From: Octopus bimaculoides
Lineage: Eukaryota
DNA length: 63,683 bases
NCBI RefSeq assembly: GCF_001194135.2
Contig: NC_068983.1
Location: 58,504,298 to 58,567,980, forward strand
Reading direction: 5' to 3'
Each line of letters opens with the position of its first letter. The first letter of the stretch is position 1. Both the position numbers and the translations under genes were made by a program. The notes under the pieces are model-generated. The model did not search any database. It saw only the letters and a list, made by a program, of their open reading frames with translations, and was not told where the DNA came from. Positions 12,414-24,670 of this stretch are shown in pieces.

Positions 12414-13477
12414 CATTCCTCATTTATATACCTCTTCATTCCAACAAAAATACAATAATCTTAAGCTAGATTGATTCTTTTAAATTTCACTATTATTTCT
12501 CTTTTGATAATTTTCTCTGTTCTCTGTTTATACTTTATCTAATAAGAATAATATAATACACCTAATAAATAATAATAATTAATTCCTTTGTATGCATATA
12601 CATATAAACGTATAGATATGAATTTGTGTATATTTATGTAGATGTATGTATATGTAAAAGTGTGTATATATGTATTCATATTTATAACTTGACCCTATGA
12701 ACTTTCTAAACTCTCTGACGAATCCCAGAGGCACATCCAAGTACCTTAATCTTATCAACCAAATACTTCAGTTCACTGAAGGGATGGAAGCAAAGTGGGG
12801 TATTAAGACCTCTTGGTTACAACAGCTGTAAGAAACTATTCTACTTTCTATGTTCTACGTTATATATTTTAATAATTACTGGTATTTTTATATTTTATAT
12901 AATATATGTAAAACATATCATGTTATACAGGTATGTATATTGTTATAATTGTTTTTTTTTAAATAAATAAATACACATAATATGTCTAAAAGTTGATGAA
13001 TGCCACCTCTTGATCCCCTCCATTTTCTTATTGCCGTATAAATTAAGGGTAAAACAACTTTTTACCCTCATCCATTTATTACAGGCAGTAGTGTAATTGC
13101 CACGCAATAAAATTGTGCATTAATAATTGGGTATTCTACCAGCAGTATATTGGATANNNNNNNNNNNNNNNNNNNNNNNNNNNNNNNNNNNNNNNNNNNN
13201 NNNNNNNNNNNNNNNNNNNNNNNNNNNNNNNNNNNNNNNNNNNNNNNNNNNNNNNNNNNNNNNNNNNNNNNNNNNNNNNNNNNNNNNNNNNNNNNNNNNN
13301 NNNNNNNNNNNNNNNNNNNNNNNNNNNNNNNNNNNNNNNNNNNNNNNNNNNNNNNNNNNNNNNNNNNNNNNNNNNNNNNNNNNNNNNNNNNNNNNNNNNN
13401 NNNNNNNNNNNNNNNNNNNNNNNNNNNNNNNNNNNNNNNNNNNNNNNNNNNNTATATATATATATATATATATATAT

Positions 13478-13641
13478 GACGGGCTTCTTTCAGTTTCCAT
13501 CTACCAAATCCACTCATAAGGCTTTGGTTGGCCCAAGGCTATATTAGAAGACATTTGCCCAAGGTGCCACACAGTGAGACTGAACCCGGAACCATGTGGT
13601 TGGTAAGCAAGCTACTTACCACACGGCCATTCCTGCGCCTA
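13478..13641 (-). mobile_element. SINE family A, 5' half
   Basis: The reverse complement begins AGGCGCAGGAATGGCCGTGTGGTAAGTAGCTTGC..CCGGGTTCAGTC and runs into (TA)n and a gap. Confidence 0.85.
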
Positions 13642-14390
13642 TATCATTTTAATCTATAGTAATATGTTTTTTGGTGAGTTATATTGCATTAAAAACGAGA
13701 CTTATAAATAGAAGTAAATTGTGTGATTCTATATTTCTGTATATTATAATGTTGTTGAGCATAGACAACGAGTGACGATTTTACTTCAAAAACCCATTCT
13801 TTTCACACGATACACACTAATTCTTCTAACTAAAATAATTAAACTTTACACACATTGATGCAATACTGCATTCCTGTTGTTTAATCCTGGGTCAGCCCGG
13901 TTTAAAAGCATTCTGTCCTGACCATCTGAATTTTATGTTCTTATTTCTAAAACAGTAGGATGCTTTGGGTGAATTTGGTTGGTATTTCTCGCAATTTGAG
14001 TAACTAGAGAGGCTCCCTCATTAGTCCAAACACTCTCGTTGATATGGACTGAAAAAAAAACGAGGAAATAGCTCCATCGATCGCACAACTGGAAAAACGA
14101 AAAGGAAGGAGAATCCATTTACTTTATCTAATGTATATACATATATATCTATCCATTTGTCTATTCAATATATTTATATTCTTTCTTCCCTCTCTCTCTC
14201 TCTCTTTCTCTTTCCATATAATATATTTATATATATGTATATGAACATACAAATATTTATATATATATATATATATNNNNNNNNNNNNNNNNNNNNNNNN
14301 NNNNNNNNNNNNNNNNNNNNNNNNNNNNNNNNNNNNNNNNNNNNNNNNNNNNNNNNNNNNNNNNNNNNNNNNNNNNNNNNNNNNNNNNNN

Positions 14391-14506
14391 TGATGTGTGG
14401 TGAGTTTATGGAACGACGTCCCATAAAACTCATCAATTTAGTTAAAAATGGAGAGGACAAAAAATGAGTTTTATGGGACTTCTTTCCATAAATTCACAAC
14501 ACATCA
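14391..14506. repeat. Inverted repeat / small MITE-like palindrome, left end cut by a gap
   Basis: The 43-nt arms 14391-14433 and 14464-14506 are reverse complements with 4 mismatches and a 30-nt loop. Confidence 0.75.
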
Positions 14507-15820
14507 TATACTAGTATTATTTTTCATATTCACAAATTTACGGCTCTAAACTACCAGCAAAATATGAAGAATCAACATTAGAAATCTTTTTTGGAAATCT
14601 CCAAATTAGAGGACAACTCTACATTCAACCTTTTACACATACACACACAAATACACACGCATATATATATACATATATATATATATATTTATATATACAT
14701 ATAATGCCTAAACATACATTTGTATACAGGCATATATATGAATATATATGGCAAGAGAAAGAGATAGATGAATGGATTAAACATACATGTGGTAGTAAAT
14801 CTCAAAATATATTTGTATATATGTATAACTACGTATGTATATGAGTATATATACATTATGTATCAGTGTATATAACTATATGTATATATTCATTGTATGT
14901 GTGGGTGCATGTGTGCTCGTATGCGTGCGTGTGTGTGCGTAATTCTGTGTTGGTTAACTGGATTATTTCTTCATATATAAAGGTTAATTCTGGCTGACGT
15001 TTGTAGGCTGTACTCATTGGTGAGTCTCAAAATAACGGGAATAGAATGGTAATCCATATCGTACTTGCTGTGTATCGATCCAAAACGGGCATCTCAAGGC
15101 AACAAGGCATCGGATCTAACACTCTAAAGTTTCATTTCTGCCAATTCAACTCTAGATCAATACTTTATTAATTGACCCCAAATGAATGGAAGTTTAAGGT
15201 GACCTCAGCAGAGAAGGGTAGAATCAATGCCAGAATGCATTGTATCCAAAACTCTAATAATTCTGTACACTCGCTGTCTTAGATTGCAAAATGCCACCAA
15301 AAACACGTGGCATTTTATCTGATGCCCTACCAATTATGATCAGCATAACTATAACACTATTACTATGAAAATTACCCAACAAAATACATATGAAAACCTC
15401 TTTAGGGAATTACAGTTTGACACATGCCACAATAATTTATCTCCATTTCCTGCATGTTCTTTCAATAATGTTCGTCTCTTTCACAGACTCTTACATGTTT
15501 CAATTGCACTGTTATACAGTTGCTTAGGTTGCATTATAACACACGAGATAAGACCACTGATTGGGGTTCCATATTGCTCTTGCACAACTTATCGACAAAG
15601 ATCAAACATAGTGATATTTCATACAGAAACACAATATACAACCAAACAAGCATTTTCCCAAGATATCTAAACGAGATTTTTTTTCCTCTTAACTTTCACA
15701 GGAAAAAATAACCCCGATTCCTGATAAAATAATTACCACAAAGAAACTTAAACACACAGTTGCTAGTTTTTATTGGTTTTCGTTATCAGAGACCGTTTGC
15801 CCACAACCTCTCTCTCTCTC

Positions 15821-15866
<46 letters not shown>

Positions 15867-15905
15867 NNNNNNNNNNNNNNNNNNNNNNNNNNNNNNNNNN
15901 NNNNN

Positions 15906-15967
<62 letters not shown>

Positions 15968-16766
15968 AGACATCTATACATGTACACCCACATACATAGT
16001 AATCAGCTATCAATAACAAATCAATAGCAACCAGAAATACAAATTTGTTATCAAGAATGGGATTTCGGTATCTGGCACTCATGTTCATCTAATATAGAAG
16101 CTTCTAGAAATTTATGCCATTCTCTCTTCAATATTAGTTATTGAGTCTTTGAACTGCAGTTATGGTAAACCTAATAATAAGTGTTTGTTTCTTATTTGAG
16201 AGATGAAAGAATATGAGCATGTGTGTGTGTGTATATATATATTTATATATACATATGTATGTATATGTATGTGTGTATACATATGCACATATATATATAT
16301 ATATATATATATTTGTGTATATGTATATGCATAAATATATTTATATATATATGTATATGCATGCATATATGTGTGTGTATAATATATATCTTGTATATAT
16401 ATAATATATATCTTGTATATATTTCATAAGGCTGTATGTTTATCACAGTATCATCATTGTCGTCATCATCATCATTATCCCCTTCATCATCATCTCCTCA
16501 ACACCATCATCTTCATCATAGTTTTCTAGTTTCATATCAGCTTTGCATGCTGGCATGATCGATAGTGTTGTCAGGGTTAGAGTCAGAAGTACCACTCACC
16601 TAAATGGGTCAAAGAAACCTCATTTTATTAATGTTTCATTTTGGGCTGGGTTTCTATGGTTGGATGTCCTTCCAAACAACAACCACTTTTCAGTGTGTTC
16701 TGAGTACCGTATTCATAGCACCAGCACTAGACATGTTGTCATGTCTTCAACTAGACCAATTGGTTC

Positions 16767-17013
16767 TCAACCAAGGTCCATGTGACCCTTGTTGGTTCAT
16801 ATAAGATTTTGTCATTAAAATTTATGTGATAAATTAATTATACTTCTACAATACCCAAAATATTTTAATAATTTTTTAAATACAATTCCTAATAATATTT
16901 AATTATAAAAATACAGTAGGATGTTTTTTCTACACATTGAGTGGCTATGGAGGTCCAGCGGATAAAGTAGAGATCAAAGGGATCCATAGGCAAAAAATGG
17001 TTGAGAACCACTG
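16767..17013. mobile_element. hAT/Charlie-type MITE
   Basis: Terminal inverted repeats TGGTTCTCAACC (16771-82) and GGTTGAGAACCACTG (16999-17013) match the CAGTGGTTCTCAACC type of hAT TIR. The interior is shared with 35930-36185 and with fragments at 17310-17400 and 17720-17810. No 8-bp TSD is discernible. Confidence 0.7.
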
Positions 17014-17094
17014 TGTTAAAGAATGACAACCTTCACATCAAAAGAAAAAATTGCTTATGCTTCAACAATACTCAAAATGTTCTTTTCTTTTCTA

Positions 17095-17300
17095 GTCTAG
17101 ACACAAGGCCTGATATTTTTGGAGAGGGGCCAGTCGATTAGATCGACCCCAGTATGCAACTGGTATTTAATTTATTGACCCAAAAAGAATGAAAGGCAAA
17201 ATTGACCTTGGTGGAATTTGAACACAGAATGTAAAGACAGACATAATACCGTTAAGCATTTTGCCTTGTGTGCTAAAGCTTCTGCCAACTTGCCACCTTA
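17095..17300 (-). mobile_element. SINE family B (other minus copies at ~4215-4390, 15090-15290, 28880-28995, 43090-43420, 50645-50760, 54660-54870)
   Basis: cacaaggcctga..gatcgaccccagta..gaatgaaaggcaaaattgaccttggtggaatttgaacacagaatgtaaag..gcattttgcc..ctgccaacttgccacct. Confidence 0.8.
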
Positions 17301-18029
17301 CAGTACTCAAAATATTATAACAGTTATTTTTATACAATTCCTGATAATATTTAATTATAAAAATACAATAGGATCTTTTTAATTCAATGGCTTTAGTAAA
17401 ATAACTTGTCGTTATACAGCTGGTATTTGGAGCATAAATTAACAAGAAATTTTGAAGAATGGTTTTAATTTAGATTACTTTAATTCCTATTGTTACCCTA
17501 TTTCTGTTTCAATTAATTTTGAAAATAATGACATATTTAGTAAAAATAGCTTGTCATTATTCAGCTGGTGTTTGGAGCATAAATTAGCATCAAATTTTGA
17601 TGGAAGGTTTTTAGATCACTTTAACACTTTGGACACAATATTTTTGTTGAATTACACTTCCTTTGTTTTAATTAATTTTGAAAATAATGAAGAATTTATC
17701 AATATAACCGATTTACCAATGCGGGTATCTATGTGGTCTGGGAGTCCAGTAGAGTAAAATAGGAACCAAAGGGGTCCATAAGCAAAATATGGTTGAGAAC
17801 CGCTGAACTAAACTAATTGGTCCACTCAACCTCATGCTTTTTAAGTACACAAAGTGTGTTTTGACATTCCTGGCAGGGACCTCTTCTTCAAAGAAATGCG
17901 ACATGCCAACATATCAGAAATAACCTCTCTTCCTTGCAACATAGAGATAATTATACCATTTTATATTTCTGAGATGAGGAAATTATATTATGTAAGCCAA
18001 GTACTTAATTCTATCGATCTCTTTTGTAG

Positions 18030-18157
18030 AGCTGCTAGGTTACAGGGATGTAAATACGCCAACACCAGTTGTTAAGCAGTGATGGGAGACAAACACAGAC
18101 ACAAAGACACATACAGATATATATATTTATATGTATGTATGTGTATGTATGTGTGTG

Positions 18158-18198
<41 letters not shown>

Positions 18199-18365
18199 AC
18201 GATGGGCGTCTTTCAGTTTCTGTCTACCAAATCCACTCACAAGGCTTTGGTCAGCCTGAGGCTATAGTAGAAGACATTTATGCCCAAGGTGCCACACAGT
18301 GGGACTAAACCCAGAACCATATGGTTTAGAAGCGAGCTTCTTACCACACAGCCATGCCCGAGCCT
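18030..18365 (-). mobile_element. SINE family A
   Basis: Head (cttaccacacagccatgccc on +), body and internal microsatellite match the other copies. Confidence 0.8.
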
Positions 18366-19077
18366 ATTCTACTTCAAAGAAATACAAAAGTTGTAACGTA
18401 AACCAAATCTAGGTGCTGTGAACATGTGTAGGTTGTGATACTCGCAGAGGCTTCTTTGAAGAATCAGAAAAGAAATTATCAAAATAAAATTAGTTGATAT
18501 GTGGGTTTTGACATTAGTGGAAGGGCCTTTTCTTCAAAGAAATACCTCATCCCATCACCCAATACATCAGAAATAACCTCTTTTCCTGGCAACACAGACA
18601 CAATATATTATATAAATTTGACAGATTTCTGTCAAGCCCATAATGTTTTATAGATAGCTTTTTGTGTCATTGTGGTTTAGCCCAAGGCCAATCCTCATCA
18701 TGTGAACCTATCTTCAACTACTATAAACCCATGTGTCATTTTAGAAATATCACTAGGACTATATTGTCTGTTGTGTCTTTTCTTTATTTATAATGATTTT
18801 GGTCAAGTGTATTCTACAATATCCCTGGGCTGACCAAAGTCTTGTGAGTGGATTTGGTAGATGGAAACTGAAAAAGGCTGTTATGTAAATACATATATAT
18901 GTATTTAGTATAATTCAGGTAAAAACCTCATAACATGCATTTCAGAGCTCCTGCACTATCATTTGGCAACCAGATGTTATTCTAGCATGGAAGATTCCAA
19001 ATCACGACATTTGTTTCTGCACCAGACACAAGCTTTAAGAGATATGCAGGGATATTGTATCTAATTTTGGCACAAGG

Positions 19078-19132
<55 letters not shown>

Positions 19133-19158
19133 GATAAAGATAGTTATGGCCCGTATAT

Positions 19159-19218
19159 GGGACGACCCTGGGTTTCAGCTCCATAAGGCACTTAACTTTA
19201 TGGTATTTCTTCAGACCC
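19159..19218 (-). ncRNA. Minimal type I hammerhead ribozyme motif in the PLE terminal repeat
   Basis: Minus strand reads GGGU-CUGAAGA-aaua-CCAUAA-aguuaagugcc-UUAUGG-agcu-GAAA-CCCAGGGUC/GUCCC. It has the conserved CUGANGA and GAAA boxes, a 6-bp perfect stem II core, a short near-palindromic stem III (ACCC-A-GGGU), a GUC cleavage triplet and a 4-bp stem I with two G:U pairs. It lies about 155 nt downstream of the PLE ORF stop. Confidence 0.7.
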
Positions 19219-19372
19219 TAAAGGCTGGTGGCCTATAACCTCACTTCAAAGGGGAGAGAGAAAAGCTACTTGTTGAATGCATGGACAAAGGAGAAAGGTT
19301 AAGTGCAAGGGATTGTCTCCCTTAGACTGCTATCCATAGTCGTTTGTGGTTGGCTCATGGATTCCAGGACTT

Positions 19373-19689
19373 CAGTAGAATCTCCTGAAGTGTAAGTAGA
19401 GTCTGAAGACTTCCATTCTGGAATTTAAGATGTTCTCCAGGTCGAGGGAGTTCTTTAATATTCTTGCCCATTCAGCTATGCACAGCTTGCAACATTTACT
19501 ACCATTGATGTAGGGGCCTGCTTCTTTTAGGATCTTCCATGAGATTATATGTGGAATTCCTTCATCCTTCAGGTGCTACACATGACTGATCAAGGGAGTA
19601 GTGTATCATCTCTCTTGGATCCTGAACGAGGACTTGTGACTTGAAAGACACTGCTTAAAGGTGTTTCTGGAACATCCAATGTATCTTTG
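19373..19689 (-). mobile_element. Penelope-like retroelement relic: GIY-YIG endonuclease C-terminal half (pseudogenised)
   Basis: Manual minus-strand translation: QRYIGCSRNTFKQCLSSHKSSFRIQER*YTTPLISHV*HLKDEGIPHIISWKILKEAGPYINGSKCCKLCIAEWARILKNSLDLENILNSRMEVFRLYLHFRRFY*. It has the YIG motif, FKxRxxxH, WKIL, CxLCxxE and LNSRxE hallmarks of PLE endonucleases. There are two in-frame stops (19606-08, 19576-78). Confidence 0.9.
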
Positions 19690-19864
19690 TATATTGTTGC
19701 AAGTGATGCTGCATCTGTTGATGTTGATGCTGTGACAAGAGTAGCCACCACCAATATGGTGCCAATAAAAGTTCCAACAGCAATGATGATGGCTATTGTA
19801 ACACCATCAGCACCAGCACCAACACCAATACCCAACACCAGCACCAACAACAGCGGAAGTAGCA

Positions 19865-20095
19865 GTGTCTTGAGCAAAACACTTCATTTCACGTTGCTCT
19901 GCAACCACCTTGACAGCTGACATGTGGCACACTGTGCACCTGCACAGACAATGTTGATTTGATGGAGGGGAAGGAGGTAATGTACAGCCACAAATATTTG
20001 ATCACTATAGACAAATCATCTGTACAGGTTGTTCAACAAGATGTTGTGGAACCCTCTTGTCTACCTCATCTCTTGTCTACTACAAGAGAGTCCAA
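19865..20095 (+). mobile_element. SINE family C, 5'-truncated
   Basis: gagcaaaacacttcatttcacgttgctctgca..tgtggcacactgtgcacctgcacag..atttgatcactatagacaaatcatctgt..agagagtcca. It abuts and truncates the PLE relic. Confidence 0.75.
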
Positions 20096-20164
20096 CACAC
20101 ATACACATACATGCATGTACTCACTTGCTCACATGAAATACATGCACACAGACATACACACACG

Positions 20165-20236
<72 letters not shown>

Positions 20237-20306
20237 AACATACATATGTATATATACATATACATATACATACATACAAATATATATATATTATATATAT
20301 GTAATT

Positions 20307-20342
<36 letters not shown>

Positions 20343-21364
20343 ATATGTGTATATGCATATTTTTGTAACATGTTATATTTTAATGCAAAATTGATTTGCT
20401 TAGCAGCATAAGTAGCAAAATTTTGGCACTTGTTTCAAGTCATTAAGTAAAATGGCAAAAAAAAAAATAAAATAATAATAATTTTCAAAAAAAAAAAAAG
20501 CAAGACAAATAAAAGTATAATGGAAAAGAAAATGAAAGAGGAAAAAAGTGGGGGAGATATAAAACTAATGATAGCAGCAACAAAAATATAATGAAGAAGA
20601 ACATTAACAGTGAGAAAAATGATTAGAAGTTATAATGCAGGACTACAACATCAGATTTTATTGAAATTTGTTTGTATATTTCTGACAATTCATCAGAATG
20701 GATTCGGTTTTAACATCTCCATCTTGATATTTTGACAAGACAAATAAGTGTTTGCATGAAACCATTACAGAAAATTTTAGGTATCTTTCTTTTTATTGCT
20801 GCTACAATTTTTGCTGCTGCTGCACAGCTTGTGAATTGATTCGTCTATAACTTAATTTTAGAGTTGTAGTGATGAAATGAAATGACCCAGTGGAGGAAAG
20901 GTTTTGGTGCTGGGCTCCAGATCGTAAGGTGGTCATAGGTTTGACTTCCAGACACTGAGTGAAGTATTGTGTCCAAAGAGCTGTTGACGTCTGATGCAAA
21001 AGAGGGAATGATGGAAGTTTGATCTGATCTGCTGGAGTTGTTTCAAGCCTATGAAGACATGTTGCTTCAATGTGATGAAAGGATTAAATGTAGGCATATA
21101 TTTGTGATCCAGAAACAAAGGCCTAGGCCATAGAATGGCTTCACATCCTTTCTCTTAATTCTTAAAAGCCACTGGGTGGGGCAGTACAGAATGTCATGGT
21201 GATGGCTTTTTTTTATATTGAGTATAGTATTATGTATGTGTACATGCATATATGCATGTATGTATGAATGAATATGTGTATGTATGAATGTGTGTATGTG
21301 TGAGTGTATATATCTATATGTATGTATGTATGCATGAATGTATGCATGTGTTTGTATGTACTTA

Positions 21365-21397
<33 letters not shown>

Positions 21398-22004
21398 GTG
21401 TGTGTGTGTGTGTGAGAATCTGAGTGTGTATGTATTTATGTATGTATGTTTGTATGTGTGTATGTATGTGTATGTATAAAATGAAAGCCAGTAGCAAATC
21501 ATTACACATGTACACTGCAATGATCATCTTCATTAAGAAGTGAAACCAGTTCGAAATTATTTATGATAATGTATTTACTGTAATTATGAAATTTGAAACT
21601 TTTAATAAAGTATTTTGACATTATTTGATTGAAATTTAGAATCCATAATCTTGAAATGATTTGAATGTAGTAATGTATTTTGGATGTGATATTTTGGATA
21701 TGATATTTTGGAATATGTAATGATGTCTTTTGAAATAATTTGATTGTGTTAACCTGCTTTTCAATGGATACTATTGTATTTTGAAATTGTTTCACTGTAA
21801 AAAATATTTTGGAATTAATTCACCGAAATATAAAAGGAAAACTGCCCTTTCTTCCTATTATTTATCCATAACTTTTGACTTGTAAGGAGTGCGTTTAACA
21901 TGCATAATATATATATATATATGTATGTGTGAGTGTGTGTGTGTGTGTGTGTGAGTATAGATACACACATACACACACACGCACACATATATATCGATAG
22001 ATAG

Positions 22005-22035
<31 letters not shown>

Positions 22036-22116
22036 CATACATATATATATACATAGAAACGTATAAGTATATATGAATATGTATGTATGAATATGTATGT
22101 ATGTATGCATATATAT

Positions 22117-22199
<83 letters not shown>

Positions 22200-22480
22200 C
22201 ATACATACATGCATGCATGTATAGGCAATCAGTTGATGGGTTATTCCTTTAGTACGCAGAGTTTCATAAAAAATTTGTTTAACAAAGAATTGAATTACTA
22301 ATTGATTCCCAATAAACATAATCTCTACACTATATATTATATATTGTATGGTCTTGCCTTTCATTTCATAAACATAAATGTATATACATACACACATACA
22401 TATATATATATATACACACATACACACACAATACATATGTACAGATATACATACACACATACATACTTGCATACATACAT

Positions 22481-22521
<41 letters not shown>

Positions 22522-24199
22522 CTCACACATTCACACACATATATACTAACACATACATGCACACATATATACACATATACATACAATTGATACCTAAATC
22601 CATCCCTCCATACATCCATACATACACACATGCATGCATTCATCTCTGCATACAGATACACACACATGTGCATATACCCACGTTCATCCATCTATACATG
22701 CATGTATACATGCATACACACATTCATGCACATATGAACATATGCATATGCACGTCCATCCATCAATCCATCCATCCATATATACACACACTCTCACATA
22801 TAGACGAATGTATACACTACATACATAAAAATGTATATTGTGTGTGTGTGTGTGTGTGTGTGTGTGCACCGTAGTGTGTCTGTATGTGAGCATATTGCTA
22901 TAGTATCAGTCTTAAGAAATGTCCAAAATTGAAGTACATGAGTATTAATTATGAAAACATTCCAAAATTAGTGGAAGAAATCAATGGAGTGACCATTGAC
23001 TGTTAAATAGTGGAAGGAGGATATTTTCTTGCCAGAAATAGAGCATAGTTGCCAATATATGATAAGTGCTGGACAGTAGAATAGCATGGATTTTTTGGCG
23101 GACATTCGATGGTCACGTTTTATCTGTTGCACTAAGTAGGTTTTGCCCATTTGCAATAAAGAATCTGTCTCAATGTTTAAGCTGTCTTTATTTTGGATAT
23201 CAATGTTGGCATTGCCATAACTACTACTGCCTCTGTCTCACTGTTATTTCTTGTAGCAATCATATATAACCTGGCAACGTATCATTTCAGTTCGGTTATC
23301 ATATTTTTGTGTGGTTTTGTGCGATGTTGTTGGTCACTGATTTTTTTTTATTCCATGAAAGATTGAGTATAGTGTTATGTATGTGTATATGCATATATGT
23401 ATGTGTGCGTGTATGTACGTATGTATGCATGTATGTATGAATGAATATGTGTATGTATGAATGTGTGTATATTTGTATGTATGTGTGAGTGTATATATCT
23501 GTATGTAAGTATGAATGTATGCATGTGCTTGTGTGTACTTATGTGTGTATGTTTGTATGTATGTGTGTATGTATGTGCATGTATGAGAGAATGTGTGTGT
23601 CTATGGATGTATTCATGCATCTGTTTATCTCTCTGTCATTCTCTCTCTCTCTCTGTCTATCTATCTAGCTGGCAATATATCTATCATTCAATCTTTTTTA
23701 TCTACCTCCCTATATACATACACACACATGCATATATATATATGTATGTGTGCATGTAAACATATATGTATGCATATATATGTATACATGAATACACACA
23801 CACACACACACACACACATGTTGATGTCATTATCAATGAATAAATATTTGACTGCTACTGGCTGGTGGCTGCCAAAATCTTGGATCAGTTTTCATTGTTT
23901 AGGTTTCAGACAATATAGAAATATAACTGGGATTAGAAGCCATGCCATATTGAACACAATATTGTTGGGATCAAGAATACAATAGGAATTGATCCTTGAA
24001 TACAGCAACGAAGCAAGAGTGAGCAATTTATATCAGTGATTAAATGAAATACGAGGAAGAATTACTATAATGAGAATGGATCAATTTGCTCTATTAGTAA
24101 CTAGGATCAATTATACAAGCTGGGATGGGGAAGAGTATGCCATATTGAATTCAAGTGTTATAGAAAGACCATTTCCTCTTATGGTATCTAATCCATGTA

Positions 24200-24670
24200 G
24201 TTACATTGTTCTGCAGTCAGTTTAACATTTGGTGTGTGGCACACTGTGCACATTTACAGGCGACATTGGTTTGATGCAGGAAGTGAACTTATGTACAGCA
24301 CAAACATTTGATCACTATAAATGATTCATCACCACATGTTGTTCAGCAAGAAATTGCAGAACTCTCATCTGCCATCTACAACAGGAGAGTCCATAATATA
24401 TATGAAGGCACATGGCTTAGTGGTTAAGGTGTTGCGAGATCGTGGGTTCGATTCCCAGACCGGGTGTCACATTGTGTTCTTGTGCAAAGCACTTCATTTC
24501 ATGTTGCTCTGCAATCATTTCGACATCTGACATGTGGCACCCAGTTGCACCTGTACAGGTAATATCGATTTGATGGAGTGAGTGAGCTTATGTCTACACA
24601 AAAATTTGATCACTCTAAACAAATCATCTGTGTGGTTTTTTCGGTAAGAAATTGTCAAACCCTCATACGA
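24200..24670 (+). mobile_element. Two tandem copies of tRNA-derived SINE family C (5'-truncated copy, then headed copy)
   Basis: The head at ~24407 reads ggcacaTGGCTTAGTGGTTAAGG..GGGTTCGATTCCC (A and B boxes). The body tgtggcacactgtgcac..atttgatcact.taaa..aatcat is repeated in 24200-24400 and 19865-20095. The tail is ..caacaggagagtcca. Confidence 0.8.

Noticed and set aside
14976-15025. TATAAAAG plus an Inr-like TCATT and a GTGAGT donor
   Set aside because: TATA-to-Inr spacing is about 40 nt (expected ~30), and the motifs are common in AT-rich DNA.
15487-15530. Acceptor followed by TLTCFNCT (Ly6/three-finger-like start)
   Set aside because: No further cysteine pattern follows and there is no good donor.
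24405-24470. tRNA gene
   Set aside because: A and B boxes are present but there is no complete cloverleaf, and the sequence continues into a repeated SINE body. The same applies to the heads at 5033, 5486 and 13641.
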